A stretch of DNA of 64,000 nt from Octopus vulgaris (Eukaryota), in contig OX597823.1 in NCBI GenBank assembly GCA_951406725.2, forward strand, positions 40,920,001 through 40,984,000, given 5' to 3'. A program made the position numbers and the translations under genes. The notes below the pieces were generated by a model. It was not told where the DNA came from. It searched no databases and worked only from the letters and a program-made list of their open reading frames with translations. Shown here in pieces: positions 26,190 through 41,629 of this stretch. Every line of letters begins with the position of its first letter. Position 1 is the stretch's first letter.

Positions 26190-28251
26190 AGTATAGTCTC
26201 AGGCAATGTCTAACTTAATTGCATCAACTGGTGAAGTCTTTTAGACATATATGGGGCACTATGGCCCACTCTAGCAAAGAGTTATTGTTGGAGACATATC
26301 CGGGTGTAGGAAGTTGGTCCAGGATTTTTTGGAGAACTTTGTCCAGAGAACTTTTGAACTTTATGAGATGTTTCCGTTTTGACGCATTTTGGTATAATAT
26401 TAAAGAGAGCTTGAACTGTTGAGGTAAAGTAGTTGTGTCGTAATGTTGTTATGTGTCTTGAGTTCGATTTTTTTTGTGGGCGGATAGCACGGGGCCAAGT
26501 CTTGGGTGGATTTTAAAACTGATGCCAACATCATTTGTGCAATATTTATGGAATATTTTCCACATGGCACAAATGATGTAGCGCTCACGGTGGCGTTGGA
26601 GAGAGTAGATTTTAAGATATTTTAGTCGAACTCAATAGTCAATGCCTGTCATGCCGTCTATCTTTCTTATTACTGATCTGTGGAGTGCTTCCACTTTCAT
26701 AATGAGTTGCTTCGTGTGGGGAGACTATTGTGAGCAACAGTATTGAAGGTGTGGTCGGAAAAAAGTAGAGCAGAGAAGGATGATAGTGTGAGCATCTCTA
26801 GACCAGAAAGTTCTCAAAATCCAGGAGCACATCTAGCAGGCCAAGTCAACCTTTCTGTTTACATGGAAACACCAGCTTAAATTGTTATCAACAATTATTC
26901 CAAGGTCTCTGGTGTTGTTGGAGGATATTAGGGAGTCAACCGAGGGAAGGGCATATGGAGGTTTTAGAGTATTCCCTTTTCCAAAGTGGATCAAATTAAA
27001 CTTATCTTAATTTAGAAGCATATTGTTCTTTTCTGCTCATTGGAGTCTGGAATCATCTGCAAAGATTTTCAATGTACAATGTCTAATGACGTTTACTGTC
27101 ATTGATGTAGATAATGAAGACGAGTGGACCCAACACAGTACCTTGTGGGACACCACCACTGACTTTTCAGATTCCCTGAAGCACAACATTTTGGGTTCTG
27201 TTCCTCAGAAAACACTTTATCCATTGAAACTCCTTCCCATGGACTCCAGTACTGGACAGTTACTTTAGCAGGATTTTGTGGTCCCCTCCGTCAAATGCCT
27301 TGCTGAAATCAAGGTATATGACGTCAGTGTTGGAGCCTTCCCCCAACACTTTTAAAATGTCATCAAGATGGTGCAGAAGCTGCGACAGGCAGTCCTTGCC
27401 ATCACGGAAACCATGCTGGTTGTGGTCCAGCAGATTGTTGTCTTCGAGGAAGTGGGTTATTCGCGATCTCACCACCCTCTCAAATACTTTAATGATATGG
27501 GAGGTGAGTAAAATCGGACGGTTGTTCACTACAAGAGATTTGTTTCCCTTTTTGAAAACTGGGACGACAGACTGGGGAAGAAAATGATCAGGAATGTCGC
27601 CTGCGTCAAGTGAGTTCCTCCAGAGTTTAGCTGGAAGAGGTGCAATTTGATATCGACACATCTTCAGGACAGTGGCCAGAAACCTATCGGAACCTAATGC
27701 CAAGTTGTGCTTGATCTTATTATTTCTGTTAAGATATCAGGAGCATCAAAATTTATGTCAGATATGGTTAGTTGAGGGTTTACTTCACTGATTCAAGCCA
27801 GACCAACCACATTAGCGTTAGTGAAAACAGCAGTATTGTTTCTACATTATTTCGCATGTGGATTTTGCGTTATCATGTAGAGTGTTGTTTTCATAAACCA
27901 GAACACCAACAGTGAAAACAGCGTCTTTATGCTTTTTTCTTTTTCTTTTGTTTGCAAATGAAAAGAATACTTTGGGATTGAGTTCTATTTTCTCAACGGC
28001 CCAACTCTCCTGAGCTGCTCTTTGTTTGTTAATGATGGTCGTCATGCTTTTTTTGGAGGTAGTGTTTCTTCGATTCGAATGGTGCAATGGCAGTCGAAAT
28101 AGTGCATTCTGCTGGCAGTATTTAATTTGGTCGATTTTCTTGTTAATTCTTTTTATTTTTCTGATAATTGATCTTCTATTTCTAGGGATTCTGCACTTAG
28201 ATTTGTTTGCTGATCTTAATGGGGTATGTTTTGCGCAAATATTTGTTACAG

Positions 28252-28252
<1 letters not shown>
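26190..28252 (-). mobile_element. CR1/L2-group LINE fragment with a decayed reverse transcriptase
   Basis: VVPVFKKG..NNRPILLTSHIIKVFER..QHGFR..DVIYLDFSKAFD, GVPQGTVLGPLVFIIYIND and FADD motifs, with stops and frameshifts. Confidence 0.92.
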
Positions 28253-28345
<93 letters not shown>

Positions 28346-28689
28346 CATATGTGTTTGTGTTTCTATCTGTCTGTGTGTGAGTGTGTGTTTGTGTTTGCTT
28401 CAATAAATGATAGCTTTATTTGACCATGGTTAATTGGTTTTCTATTGTTGGCCCGATCCATTCAACAACGTCAAATATCATCTTCTTCCCATATTGCTAC
28501 TTAACTAAAATTAGTTGATCTTTATTAATAATTTCTAAAAATAAAAAGCATGTAACCACATCCTTATCGGCGTTAATTACGCAACGGCAAAACGCACCAA
28601 CCTATCTATTTTTGTTTCATTCTACTCGTGTACGTGCTGAGTTCAAAGGAAGGGAAATTACTCATGACTCTCGCAGACCATCCTTCTCT

Positions 28690-29460
28690 GATGAGCTTGA
28701 TATCGTTATTGCTAAAATGTTTTGGGTCAACACCTGTAGGGAAGACATAAGCAAGAGTAGATTTCAGAGGAACAATTTTCTGTGGAGGAAGGACAGAAAG
28801 TAATGGTTTGTAAAGAGGAATAGAAGTTGAATGCTACAAAGGTAACGAGACGAAGAGCTGAAAGGGTTGGGGATGCGTGAATGGAAGAGGTGCACGGTAA
28901 AACAGCACCGAGGTGCAATATACCATTATAGAAGCGCTCGAAAAGACAGAGAAAGGAGACAGCATATCAGCGGGTCAAAGGCTGGAGTGTGTCAACCACT
29001 GGTACTCTTTCGGTTACGACGATGAGGCTTCTAGTTGATCTGATCAACGGAACGGCCTGATCGTGAAATTAATGTGCAAATGAGAACTCCACAGACACAC
29101 GTACCCATTACGTAGTTTTCAGGAAGAGTCGGCGGGATACACAATGTGAGAAAGGCTGGCCCTTTGAAATTCAGGATCTACTCATTTTTGCCATCTGAGT
29201 AGACTGGAGCAAAGTGCAATAAAGTGTCTTGCTGAAGGACACAACACGTCACAATGAATCGAGCTCACTATCATACGATCGTGAGCCTAATACCCTAACG
29301 CCTAACCCACGCGCCTTCACACTGTGTCCATCAGCGATTTAATGCTAGCCAGTTGTGTGACTCTTCCCTGAATAATGTCTAGGATGTATGAGTATAGCAG
29401 CAACACAATACCATTTATGGGACCAGTACTCCATTGTAAGCCTCACTTGAGCTTTGTTCC
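28690..29460 (-). mobile_element. 3' fragment of an APE-type LINE interrupted by a SINE
   Basis: KAQVRLTMEYWSHKW (29400-29460) continues as DTLQPLTR.YAVSFLCLFERFYNG on the other side of the SINE. Confidence 0.7.
29000..29320 (-). mobile_element. CORE-like tRNA-derived SINE, near full length
   Basis: Head gaaggcgcgtgg..; CORE-like ttgtgtccttcagcaagacactt..ttgctccagtctactcag..aaatgagt; TSD-like flanks tgtgtcaacc and tgtgtccatc. Confidence 0.8.
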
Positions 29461-30344
29461 CTGAAATATTTTTATCTTTTTTGTCTCTGTTTCTTGACTT
29501 AATACAGATTAGAGTTGTGGTGACTAAATTGCGAGTGGATGAGGTATGATTAGAGAAAATCAGAGACGAATGAAAGGTCAGGGCCTTAGCATATGAGTGG
29601 ATAGTTTTTGTTGTGGTAGTAAGTAGGTTATTAATAGATAGCCAGAAGACATTGGGAACAACGCCGAAACCTGGTGGGGTCACCTGAGTTGATCTAAAAT
29701 AGAGTAAATCGTCATTATTACAGAACAAGCGTTTTACATTTTCTCTGTCTAATATGTAGCGTTAAGCTGTCGCGTGCTCGTGTCTTCCTATAACCCTAAG
29801 TTTTCAAATTTCTGAACATCTTTGATACGCTCTATAAATATATTCTTATTCTTCTCATCTATGTACCTCACGATTTTTACCATATCCCATCCCACTTCAT
29901 CTTCTAATTGGTTCTCCTTACTCGTTCTCCCTCAAACTATCTCCAAATATCCTCCATCTTTACAGGCCAACGTCTCCTCTTCCTTCATCGAATATCACTT
30001 TTGTGTCTCTATACTTTCTATTTTCTTTCCAACTCTCCCATCATTTCCTACCTAGTAGGTTCTTACTCCTTCTTCTACCACGTTTTCTTATCATTTTTTA
30101 CTCAATCGCTTCTACTTCCTTCCCTTCTTTATCTTTGCCTTCATTCATCTCTTCTTTTATGCAGACTGGCCCATCAAACTTCTCCAAATCGTCTCTTCTA
30201 TTTAATCGTGTACATAGACTGTGTGTACAAGATTAAGTAGTTTTTTTTTCCGTGGCCATGCAGGCTGAAACATTTGGCAATGATTTAAGAAGACAATGAA
30301 GCGAAAAAGTTTGTTTGAGCGTGCATGCATATATCAATATTTCA

Positions 30345-30876
<532 letters not shown>

Positions 30877-31009
30877 CAGCCGAAATTACTACGATGATCC
30901 GGTTCTTGACTGAAGTCTGAGGGCTTCGAATGTCCTGTCTGTGTTTGTTGTATCGTCTTCTAAGTGTTATGCGTTCTTGTCCCAGTTTGTATTTTTCTAC
31001 ATATCATAA

Positions 31010-31041
<32 letters not shown>

Positions 31042-31115
31042 GTGAAGGCTCGTGGTTCAGTGGTTAAGGGTAGTACTAATGAGTTGTGCCAGTATTTCAA
31101 AGGGCCAGCGATCTC

Positions 31116-31395
31116 ACATCATGGTGTTTGGAGTGATCACTAGTGATGGCGACGTTATGCCTCCATTCATCTTCCCACATGACCTCAGAATCAACACAGA
31201 GGCCTACATCAAGTGCCTGGCGGAAATAGTGATGCCCTGGCGCAAAAGGGTGTCTACTAGAAGACCCTATCTCTGGCAAGAGGACTCTGCACCATGCCAC
31301 GTAATTAGGAAAACCCAGTCATGGCCGTCAGACTATTTCTGCGACCAGATCGCCCCTAACATCTGGACACCTAACTACCCTAACTGCATCTCCCT
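31116..31395 (+). repeat. 280-bp inverted duplication of the transposase 3' region (pairs with 31424-31703)
   Basis: Near-perfect reverse complement, about six mismatches by eye, with a 28-nt spacer. Confidence 0.95.
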
Positions 31396-31423
31396 TGATA
31401 CGTGTATCTTTAACGTAGTTCTC

Positions 31424-32361
31424 AGGGAGATGCAGTTAGGGTAGTTAGGTGCCCAGATGTTAGGGGTGATCTGGTCGCAGAAATAGTCTGACGGCCATGA
31501 CTGGGTTTTCCTAATTACGTGGCATGGTGCAGAGTCCTCTTGCCAGAGATAGGGTCTTCTAGTAGACACCCTTTTGCGCTAGGGCATCACTATTTCCTCC
31601 AGGCACTTTATGTAGGCCTCCGTGTTGATTCTGAGGTCATGTGGGAAGATGAATGGAGGCATAACGTCGCCATCACTAGTGATCACTCCAAACACCATGA
31701 TGTCGACTGGATGTTTGATTTTTATCACTCTCGTTACATCCTTTGGGGACACAGCAAGCCAACGGCTGTTTTGTCTGTCCACCATCTAATCCTGGCAGAA
31801 AAGTTTTTCGTCTGACTAAAAAACCAAAGCATGTTCGGTTGGAGGGAATTCTTGAGTTTGTTGAAAAGCTTTGTAGTGCCGTCTTTCCTCTTGTCTTTGA
31901 TGGCTTGGGATAAAAATTGGCCCTTTCTCATCTTGTATGAGGAATATCGAATGTTTTCATGCACTACTTGCATGACACTCCCATGTCCCTAGCGATGGAT
32001 CTGACTAACTTGGAGTGATTGTTGTTAATCATGGCCTGTATCTCACCAACACATTCAGGGGGTTCTTATCAGAATGATGAGAGTGAGTGTTCCAATTCTT
32101 GCCAAATCATCTGCACTGTTCTCAGGTTGACACCCGAACACTCTGAAATGTACGCATTGGAGCCTCCGGCACGAATGCCAAGCAGTAGAGCATGTCGTTT
32201 CCAAATCTCTGGCAGAGTGAATTGCATCAGGGTGTCGTTCTTCTCACAGACGCTGCCCAACCGAACCTACTATACTGTGTAGTCGACAAAATAAAAAACA
32301 AACAATGCGCATGCACGAAATTAAATGTATAAAATTGCGACAGTTTACCCGTCGCACCTTA
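31424..32361 (-). mobile_element. DD37D (maT-type) Tc1/mariner transposon, decayed and 3'-truncated
   Basis: LWFFS..KNF, IMVFGVITSDG, WQEDSAPCH...WTPNYPNCISLD, with 37 residues between the second and third D (counted in the inverted copy). TIR-like end taaggtgcgacgggtaaactgtcgc next to TA. Confidence 0.9.
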
Positions 32362-32400
32362 TATATATGTGTGTGTGTGTGTGTGTATGTGTGTGTGTGT

Positions 32401-32465
<65 letters not shown>

Positions 32466-33289
32466 TGTGACAGATGGCTACTGGAGTTGGAGATTTGGCT
32501 GCTATTGTTTAAAGCGGATCTTAAGGTGCTATTACATTAGTATTTAAAAATCAGTGACATCAAATACATCCAGTAGAATCCCAATTCTCTATTACTTCCA
32601 CCGCGTGGTTGGACAGTAAGTTGGTGTCACCTAAGTATTTGGCTGACAAGGGTAACAATTTTAAGTGGCACCAGAAGCCGGTACGTGTGCGCAGCGTGTG
32701 TGTGTGTGTGTGTGTGTGTGTTTCGATGCGTATATCCGCTTGAGTACGCGAGGGTGCGTGTCTAGGGCGTATGTGTGTGCGTTTGCTGTGAATTCGTATT
32801 TGGGTACGTGTGTACGTCAGCTGCGGGTGTCAGCTCATTGGCACATGTGTAAATCTTTGTTTGGTTATGCTTGAATATTTACTGACTCCAGTTTTCACGC
32901 CACTGCGGGGTTTTCCCTGATCATCTCAGAGGTGTGCAACTGGAGTTGCGAGACAAACGTTCAGTTTTTAGCTTCAATAACAAAAATAACCCATATCGTC
33001 TATAACATTTTTTGAGCACTCGTTTCTCGGTCGACCGATATAAACTAACAAGTGTAAGTTTGTGTGCATGTGTGTGTGTGTGATGCACCAACAGCATCTT
33101 TACTAATGTAATATCGCCTGTTTTATAAAATCGCTTAAATATGCAAGCATTTGCGATATGAATTAATATGGCAGCTATTGAGTGTTCTTTGTTGATATCC
33201 AAACGCTGATATCCAAACGTTAATGGGGAAATCAAGTTCTCCTTTATTGGAGAGATATTTAGTCTCGTTCACTTCACCGCCTCATATAA

Positions 33290-34470
<1,181 letters not shown>

Positions 34471-34793
34471 TGTATTGTTCATCGATAAGATGAAGAATGT
34501 ATCTCATATGCCTGTGGTAGGATTTGTTAATTTCTGAAGTATTAATTTAATTAACAAGGTTTAACAAGATTTAACAGCCTCTAGGTAAAGCTAGATGCTT
34601 GTAATTCTCTCTGTGTTACTTCGTGCTACTCATAAAATGGTACGTAATTAACAGTTTCATGATACTTCAAGTATTAAGATTATTTTTAAAAAGCGTTCTA
34701 CGACTGCAGAGTGACCCGAACTGCTCACTTACGAACAAGTTCTTTATAGCCCAGCCGCTTCTCTGTCTTTCTCTCCTTGTATCTACCTAACTA

Positions 34794-34896
<103 letters not shown>

Positions 34897-34898
34897 GC

Positions 34899-35180
34899 CT
34901 CAGCAGGTTTAGCAAAAATATCGGTCCAAGGAACGTCACGATGAAAGTCGCGAAATTCGTCCCAGTCTCCACCATCCTAGGTGAATAGAGTATGATGAAT
35001 TGGGAACTCCTTGGCAGTAGAACAATTCTGTGAAACGTCAACTGAATGAACATGGTCAGATCGCCCAAGTGGAGAATTATGAGAAACTTTACTGATATCA
35101 GGATTTGATGCCAAAATGAGATCAAGGAGGGAGGAAGATTGGTTATCGCGATCAAGAATGCGAGTAGGAAAGTCAACGTA
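34899..35180 (-). mobile_element. LINE APE-endonuclease C-terminal fragment
   Basis: VDFPTRI.DR..Q.SSLLDLILASNP...SPLGRSDH contains the APE signature motifs LD.. and SDH. Confidence 0.8.
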
Positions 35181-35229
35181 TATATACATACATACATACA
35201 AACATACATATATATATATATATATATAT

Positions 35230-35275
<46 letters not shown>

Positions 35276-35286
35276 AGAGAGAGAGG

Positions 35287-35356
<70 letters not shown>

Positions 35357-36211
35357 TACCACCGAGGTCAAATTTACCTACATAAATCAGTCTATAAAGT
35401 ATTAGCAATGTACTTGACCAAGTCGATCTCTTTCCCCCCACCGATCTGTTTCGGGAGACTATTTTTTTCTAATACAACTGGGAAACACCGTTCAGATTCA
35501 GTTTAACAACTCCAACCTCACGAGCTGAGACGATATTGGGTCTTAAAGAAAGATTAGAAACACAAAGGCCAATATTACAATCCCAAACCTTTTCATGCAC
35601 CATTTCCTCAGAAGTACTGAGCCGTGCTTTTCTGTCTTATCAAAAATTAGGACTCAAGGTACTTAACTCACACCTCCTTCCTAAATGAAACAGACACTAC
35701 GTCTACAATCTTCATCTTCAGAAATATAATTTAGTATCAAGTTGGCACAGAAGCAAAGTGAAGTGTTTCCACTAAGGTTGTAAATTTGTATTCCAATATA
35801 CAACTCTGAACTATATTTTTTCGATTTAACAAATAAAAACAACACTTTTCTATTTCTTTAAATCTTATAATTTTATTTTATTTATATCATGTTTAATTTT
35901 TTTAAAAACCGTTTTAGATTTTCTGTTATATTAAGGTACTATTTCAAGATAGAACACACTTAAGTTTTTTTTCTTTTCTTTATAGAAAACTAAGCTTTTA
36001 TAAATGAAAGGATCTCTTCAGGCCATTGAAGTCTCTCTCGTTAAATGATCTATCAACGTATAAATAGGCCCTGTGAAATGAACACCGGGTTCACACACAT
36101 TGATACAAAAAAAAAAAAAACACGCGCAAATAAAAAAGATGGTTGAAGAAGTGAAATAAAAAACGGCAAGATTTATAGAAGTTAACTCTAGTACACTTAT
36201 TACTGCTACCG

Positions 36212-36247
<36 letters not shown>

Positions 36248-36364
36248 GAGAAAAGAGTTGAGTGATAATGTAGGTGGTATTGGCTAACTCGCTTACCTCA
36301 AAGGCACTGGTTTTCATGTGTCTAAATTAGAAACAATTATTCTCATCAGATACCTTTCTGGCAT

Positions 36365-36496
<132 letters not shown>

Positions 36497-36589
36497 GACG
36501 GCGACGAGTTGGAGAATCGTTAGCGCGCTGGACGAAGAAATACTTAGCGGTATTTCGCCCGCTGCTACGTTCTTAGTTTAAATTCTCAG

Positions 36590-37110
36590 GCCTCAATTCT
36601 CAAGTTTCCATATTTATCAACATTTTCTCTATCTTTCATGATAATTTGTTGATCTCCTGGCACTGCTACATCGATTATTAGGCAATCTTTTTTGTCCCTC
36701 CTAAAGGTTACAGTATCCTACCTTCAGTGCTCTAACATTTTGTCAGTCTGGAAATCAAAGTCCCAGAGGATTTTTGCTTTCCACTTTTCATCCATCAGTT
36801 TTTCCAGTGTATGTTGGTATCAAGCAACTGTAACCTCTTATCCATACTTACGGCGTAGTAGCCGGTGGTGGTTTTGGACTGCTTTGTTGTATCTATGCTT
36901 GTACTCTTTCTGCGCAAGATTTTCATAAGCAGTAACAATGTGAGTTACAGTTTCGATCCTCTTCCCACACTTTCTGCAGAGGTCTGACGCACTTGTGTGG
37001 TAAATAATCTTTTACACTGAGTTGGTATTCAATGCCTGGTCCTGGGCCGCGATGATTAGGCTTTCGGTATTCTTTTTAGGTCATGCTTGTTGAGCCACCT
37101 CCACGATGCT
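36590..37110 (-). mobile_element. R4/Dong-like LINE fragment (zinc knuckle and REL)
   Basis: Minus strand reads WLNK..NTESLIIAAQDQALNTNS..DLCRKCGKRIETVTHIVT..ILWDFDFQTD, across frameshifts. Confidence 0.85.
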
Positions 37111-37148
37111 TCCTGGTCTTTTAATTTGTTGGTTTATTATTATTATTA

Positions 37149-37217
<69 letters not shown>

Positions 37218-37219
<2 letters not shown>

Positions 37220-38500
37220 CAGTTTTATTTTTATAGCGTGCTTTCACTTCACTACCGAACGCAGCTCTGTGTATCTTGGGTATGTGCTGTGATTTGTTGT
37301 GATGCTCTGATGGTTATTGTATGGAAAGTGTTCTGCGTAGGATGTGCGCAGTGCCTAGTAGTGCAATTTTCTGTATGTTATATGTGTTTGTAAGTCCTGG
37401 TGTTTTTGTTATGTATTTGTCTGAATATTTTTTATCATGCCTAATGCACCTACTATGATAGGAATTGTTTCTGTTTTCAGATTCCACATTCTAGTTACCT
37501 CTATTTCCAGGTCTTTGTATTTTGAGAGTTTCTCCATTTCTTTTAGAGACACGTTGTCATCTGCCGGTATTGATACATCAATTAGAAAGCATTTTTTTCC
37601 TTCATGATCTCTGACAACTATATCTGGTCTGTTGGCCTTAATTTCTCTATCTGTGTGTATCGGCATATCCCAGAGTAGGGTTGCTTTCTCGTTTTCTGTG
37701 ACCTTTTCTGGTGTGTGCCTATACCATCTTTTTTCTGTTGTTATTCCATAATGTTGGCATAGCTTCCAATGTATGTAGGTTCCAACTCTGTCATGTCTGT
37801 GAATATATTCCTTCTTAGCCAGGACTGGGCAGCTAGAGATAATATGATTTATTGTTTCTTGTCCATCTCCACATATTCTGCAGTTACTTGTAATATTTCT
37901 TTTCATTACATGTTTTGGTAATTTCTGGTGGGGAGGCTTTGGTCTTGTGCTGCAATTAAAAATCCCTCTGTTTCTGCTTTGAGTCCTGAGCTTCTCAACC
38001 ATTGCTGGGATTTTTCTTTGTCTATTTCTTTTGCGTTTAGTTTAGTGCAGTATTTACCATGAAGGGGCTTTTCTTGCCATCGTTTTATCATGGTTCGTTG
38101 CTGTTCTATTTTTAGTTTGGATTTCATTTGTTTTATAGCTTTTGTTGTTTCTTCATCATCTTCTTCTTCTTCTTCGTGTTTATTAGGTGGTATGATTTCT
38201 TGTTTGTATTTGTCAGCTTCCTTAAATACTGAGAACAGTTTTTTGTTTTGCTCGTGTTTTGCTGCTATCTGGATCAGTTTTCCTTCCTTCTGAAGTAGGT
38301 ATTTTTGCAGTCCTATGGTGGTTATTTTATAGTAGTTTTCCAGCTGTATAAGGCCTCTACCACCTTCTATACGTTGTATATATAGTCTTTCTATGTCAGA
38401 TTTTGGGTGATGCATCCTAGATCCTGTCAGTATTTTTCTTGTTTTCCTATCTATTTTGGACAGTTCATTTCGTGTCCAGTTAAGGATATTGTAGCTGTAA
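37218..38500 (-). mobile_element. R4/Dong-like LINE, 3' 1.3 kb, flanked by (TAA)n
   Basis: ORFs 37906-38643 and 37409-38002: HPKSDIERLY..R.EGGRGL, AAQDQSL, CRICG...ETINHIISSC, RHD, RPDIV, IDVSIP, EKLSKY, IIVGALG. Confidence 0.95.
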
Positions 38501-38501
38501 C

Positions 38502-38568
<67 letters not shown>

Positions 38569-38643
38569 CATCATCATCATTATTGTTATTGTTATTACTG
38601 TTGTTGTTGTTGTTCTTCTTCTTATCATCATCATCATCATCAT

Positions 38644-38760
38644 TAAGGCAGCGAGTTGGTGGAAACGTTAGCATGCCGGCTAATTGCTTCGCGGCATTTC
38701 GTCCTGTCTACGTTCTGAGTTCAAATTCCGCCGAAGTCGACCTTGCCTTTCACCATTTCT
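38644..38760 (+). mobile_element. Nin-domain-like SINE head
   Basis: ggcagcgagttggtggaaacgttagc...gagttcaaattccgccgaagtcgac. A similar head lies at 36495-36590. Confidence 0.85.
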
Positions 38761-38769
38761 GTCAGATTC

Positions 38770-39775
38770 GTAGCTGATGCAAAGGTTTCAATGGACAATC
38801 CTTGCTATGTTGTCATGACATCTTTTATATTCTTTCTGGGTTAGTGGCTTACATTGACTGGTGATATGCCATACGGTTTCACCATTTTGTCCCCAAATTC
38901 TGAACTTATCATTTTCTGATGTGTTGTCTATTCTGTATTTGATGTAATAGGTTCTTAATGCTTGCTCTTGGGCAGCACAGATTAAGGCTTTCGTTTCCGG
39001 TTTTAAATCACTTTTAGTCATCCATAACCATCTTTTTCTCTGTCTATCTTATCCTCAATATCCCTATGAAATTGTCCATACATCTTTTTTATCCACCTAT
39101 TTTCAGTTTCCTTCATTCTCAAGTGCTTGTACAGGCTTTATCTTTGCAATCTTCCATCCTCCCAATACTAGCTGTTCTGTAGTATTTTTTATATAACATG
39201 CTATGTTGTTTTCTTCCGCTCTAATACTGTTTGCATCCAATCAGTCCTCTTCCCCTTTCTTTTTCTTGGTACATAGAGTCTGTCTGTATCACTTTTTGGG
39301 GGAAGTACCCCATATCTAGTCAACAACTTCCTTGTCTTTCTGTCTAAACTGTTTAGTTCGTCTACTGTCCATGCGATTACCCTAGCTCCATATTCCAGGA
39401 GTGAAACCGCCCAGGTGTTGATAGCTTCGATCTTATTCCGTCCGTTTAATTTCGACTTAAGGATCAGTCTCAGTCTGCGCAAGTACTACACCTTAATTTT
39501 TTCTGTCATTTCTTCTCCATCAATTTATCCATTTCTAATATCCCCAAGTATTTATAGCCTGTCTCTTCTACCTGCTTTATAACCTCCCCCGACGGTATCG
39601 ATAGCCCGTCCATACATTTGATTTTTCCTCTCTTCAAGTCTAACACACTACTCTTTCTAAGTTCGAACTCCTTTCTGATATCAGCACTGAAAGTATACAC
39701 CATATCAACGAGGGAACTGACTTGGGATTCGTCTTTACCATAAAGCTTGAGGTCAACCATTACTAACAAGTGGTT
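38770..39775 (-). mobile_element. Further R4/Dong-like LINE fragment (RT C-terminus to zinc knuckle)
   Basis: MVDLKLY (decayed MDDLKLY), YKYLGILE, SKLNGRNKIEAINTWAVS, AAQEQAL, EYKRCHDNIARIVH. Confidence 0.9.
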
Positions 39776-39795
39776 GACTTTATTATTACTATTAC

Positions 39796-39902
<107 letters not shown>

Positions 39903-40746
39903 GTAGTAGTAGTAGTAGTTGATTATATATTTCAAAGTCCATTAATGCAGCCACTGTCCTTATTTCACCCCACTATCCTCACGTCCCGGCTCGATCACAT
40001 AAGTACCAGAAAAGTACTGAGATCGATTCATATCTATTACAGCGTTTCTCTTGAAAATTTTGTGGCCACTTGCCAACCAGTGTCAGTCATGGCGGCCTGT
40101 ATTTGGCCAAAAGTACGAAAGTAGTTAAACGAAGATAGGCTAAGACTTGGGTTGGAGGCTGCAGAAACCAAGCAAACTACAATGTTTGTGCGTGTATGTG
40201 TGTGTGTGTGAACGAGAGACAGAGGGAGAGAGATAAAAGTGAAGCGGAGAGGTGCAAAAGTGTGGGAAGAGTGTGTGTTTGATTTGTGTGGTGGTGGTGG
40301 TGGTGGTGGTGCTGTTGCCAGTGACTAATGCTGAAAATAGGAACTAATTGAATTGAAGTATATAGTCAATATAATGAAAAGGAAAGTCAAAAAGAAGACG
40401 ACAAAGAAGCTTAAGTTGTTTGGAGTGGAAACTTTGTATAAAGTGTGATTAAAAAAATGTTTTTATGTAGAATCTCAACAAACATTTTTATGTGCAACGT
40501 ATATATGAATATGCATGTAAGAGTATATACGTACGTATATGGAGTTAGAAATACACTCACGTATGCTTATATATACAGGCGTGTGTGTTTGCACTTTTGT
40601 GTGGTTGTATATTCACACAAAAATATAGATAGATTCATGTGCGCACATACACAAACACACACACAAAGGAACATACACACATATATGTACGTCTGTATGT
40701 GTGTATACATAGATATGCACGTATATATTCATACGTATTCACTTTA

Positions 40747-40780
<34 letters not shown>

Positions 40781-41426
40781 GTATGTATGTATGTATATTA
40801 ATATATATATAATGTATATAGTTTATACACATACACACACACACATATATATATATATATATTGATGTGTATGGTTATATATACTTTGTCTTTGAGAATG
40901 CAATAGACTTAAAGATACGGAGAAATATAAAGAATGCAGATGAAAAATTATGGCGGTGGTCAGTGGAGTTTCCAGATGAATGCGTTAATATATAATATTA
41001 AACTCGAGTTGGTGTCGGATGTTAATAATTCTACAGTCTAAGCAGTAGTGGAATATACGAAGACGAATAATATGTGTGTGTATGTGTAGCCATTCGTTTA
41101 TATGTATGTAAACATGAATATATGGCTATTTGAAAATACTTGTGTCTATTCATACATATGCAGACATAACCTCATCATCTCTCTCGCTGTCTCGGTGTCT
41201 GTCTGTCGGACTCTTTCTATCTTTCTTTCTATATCACATATGAACATACAATTAAAAGGTTCGCTTCGCAATCACCTGCTCTCGAGTTCGATCCCACTGT
41301 ACGTAGCCAAGTGGGCAAATGTCGTCTACTTAAGCCTCAAATCAATTAGATTTGTGACTAAATTTTGTTAGTGGGAAGCTGTATGTTTTCACATAAAATC
41401 TAGTACATCCAAAGTTTTCGTTAATG

Positions 41427-41625
41427 TGACGAGTTGGCAGAATCGTTAGCCTGTCGGACAAAATGCTTAGCGGCAGTTCATCCAATTGTTTTAGGTTCTG
41501 AGTTCAAATCCAGTTGAAATCAGCTTTGCCTTTCATCTCTTGGAGGTTGATAAAATGAAGATTCAATCAGGTACTGGGTTCGATGTAATCGACTTGTCCC
41601 CTACCCTCAAAAGTTGCTGTCTTTG
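41427..41625 (+). mobile_element. Nin-domain-like tRNA SINE
   Basis: gacgagttggcagaatcgttagc...gagttcaaatcc...ctttgcctttcatc. Confidence 0.8.
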
Positions 41626-41629
41626 AAAC

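Noticed and set aside
36291-36335. Minus-strand 25-nt micro-exon candidate (tttag|...gag|gtaagc)
   Set aside because: Weak pyrimidine tract, not frame-preserving, and no partner exons on that strand.
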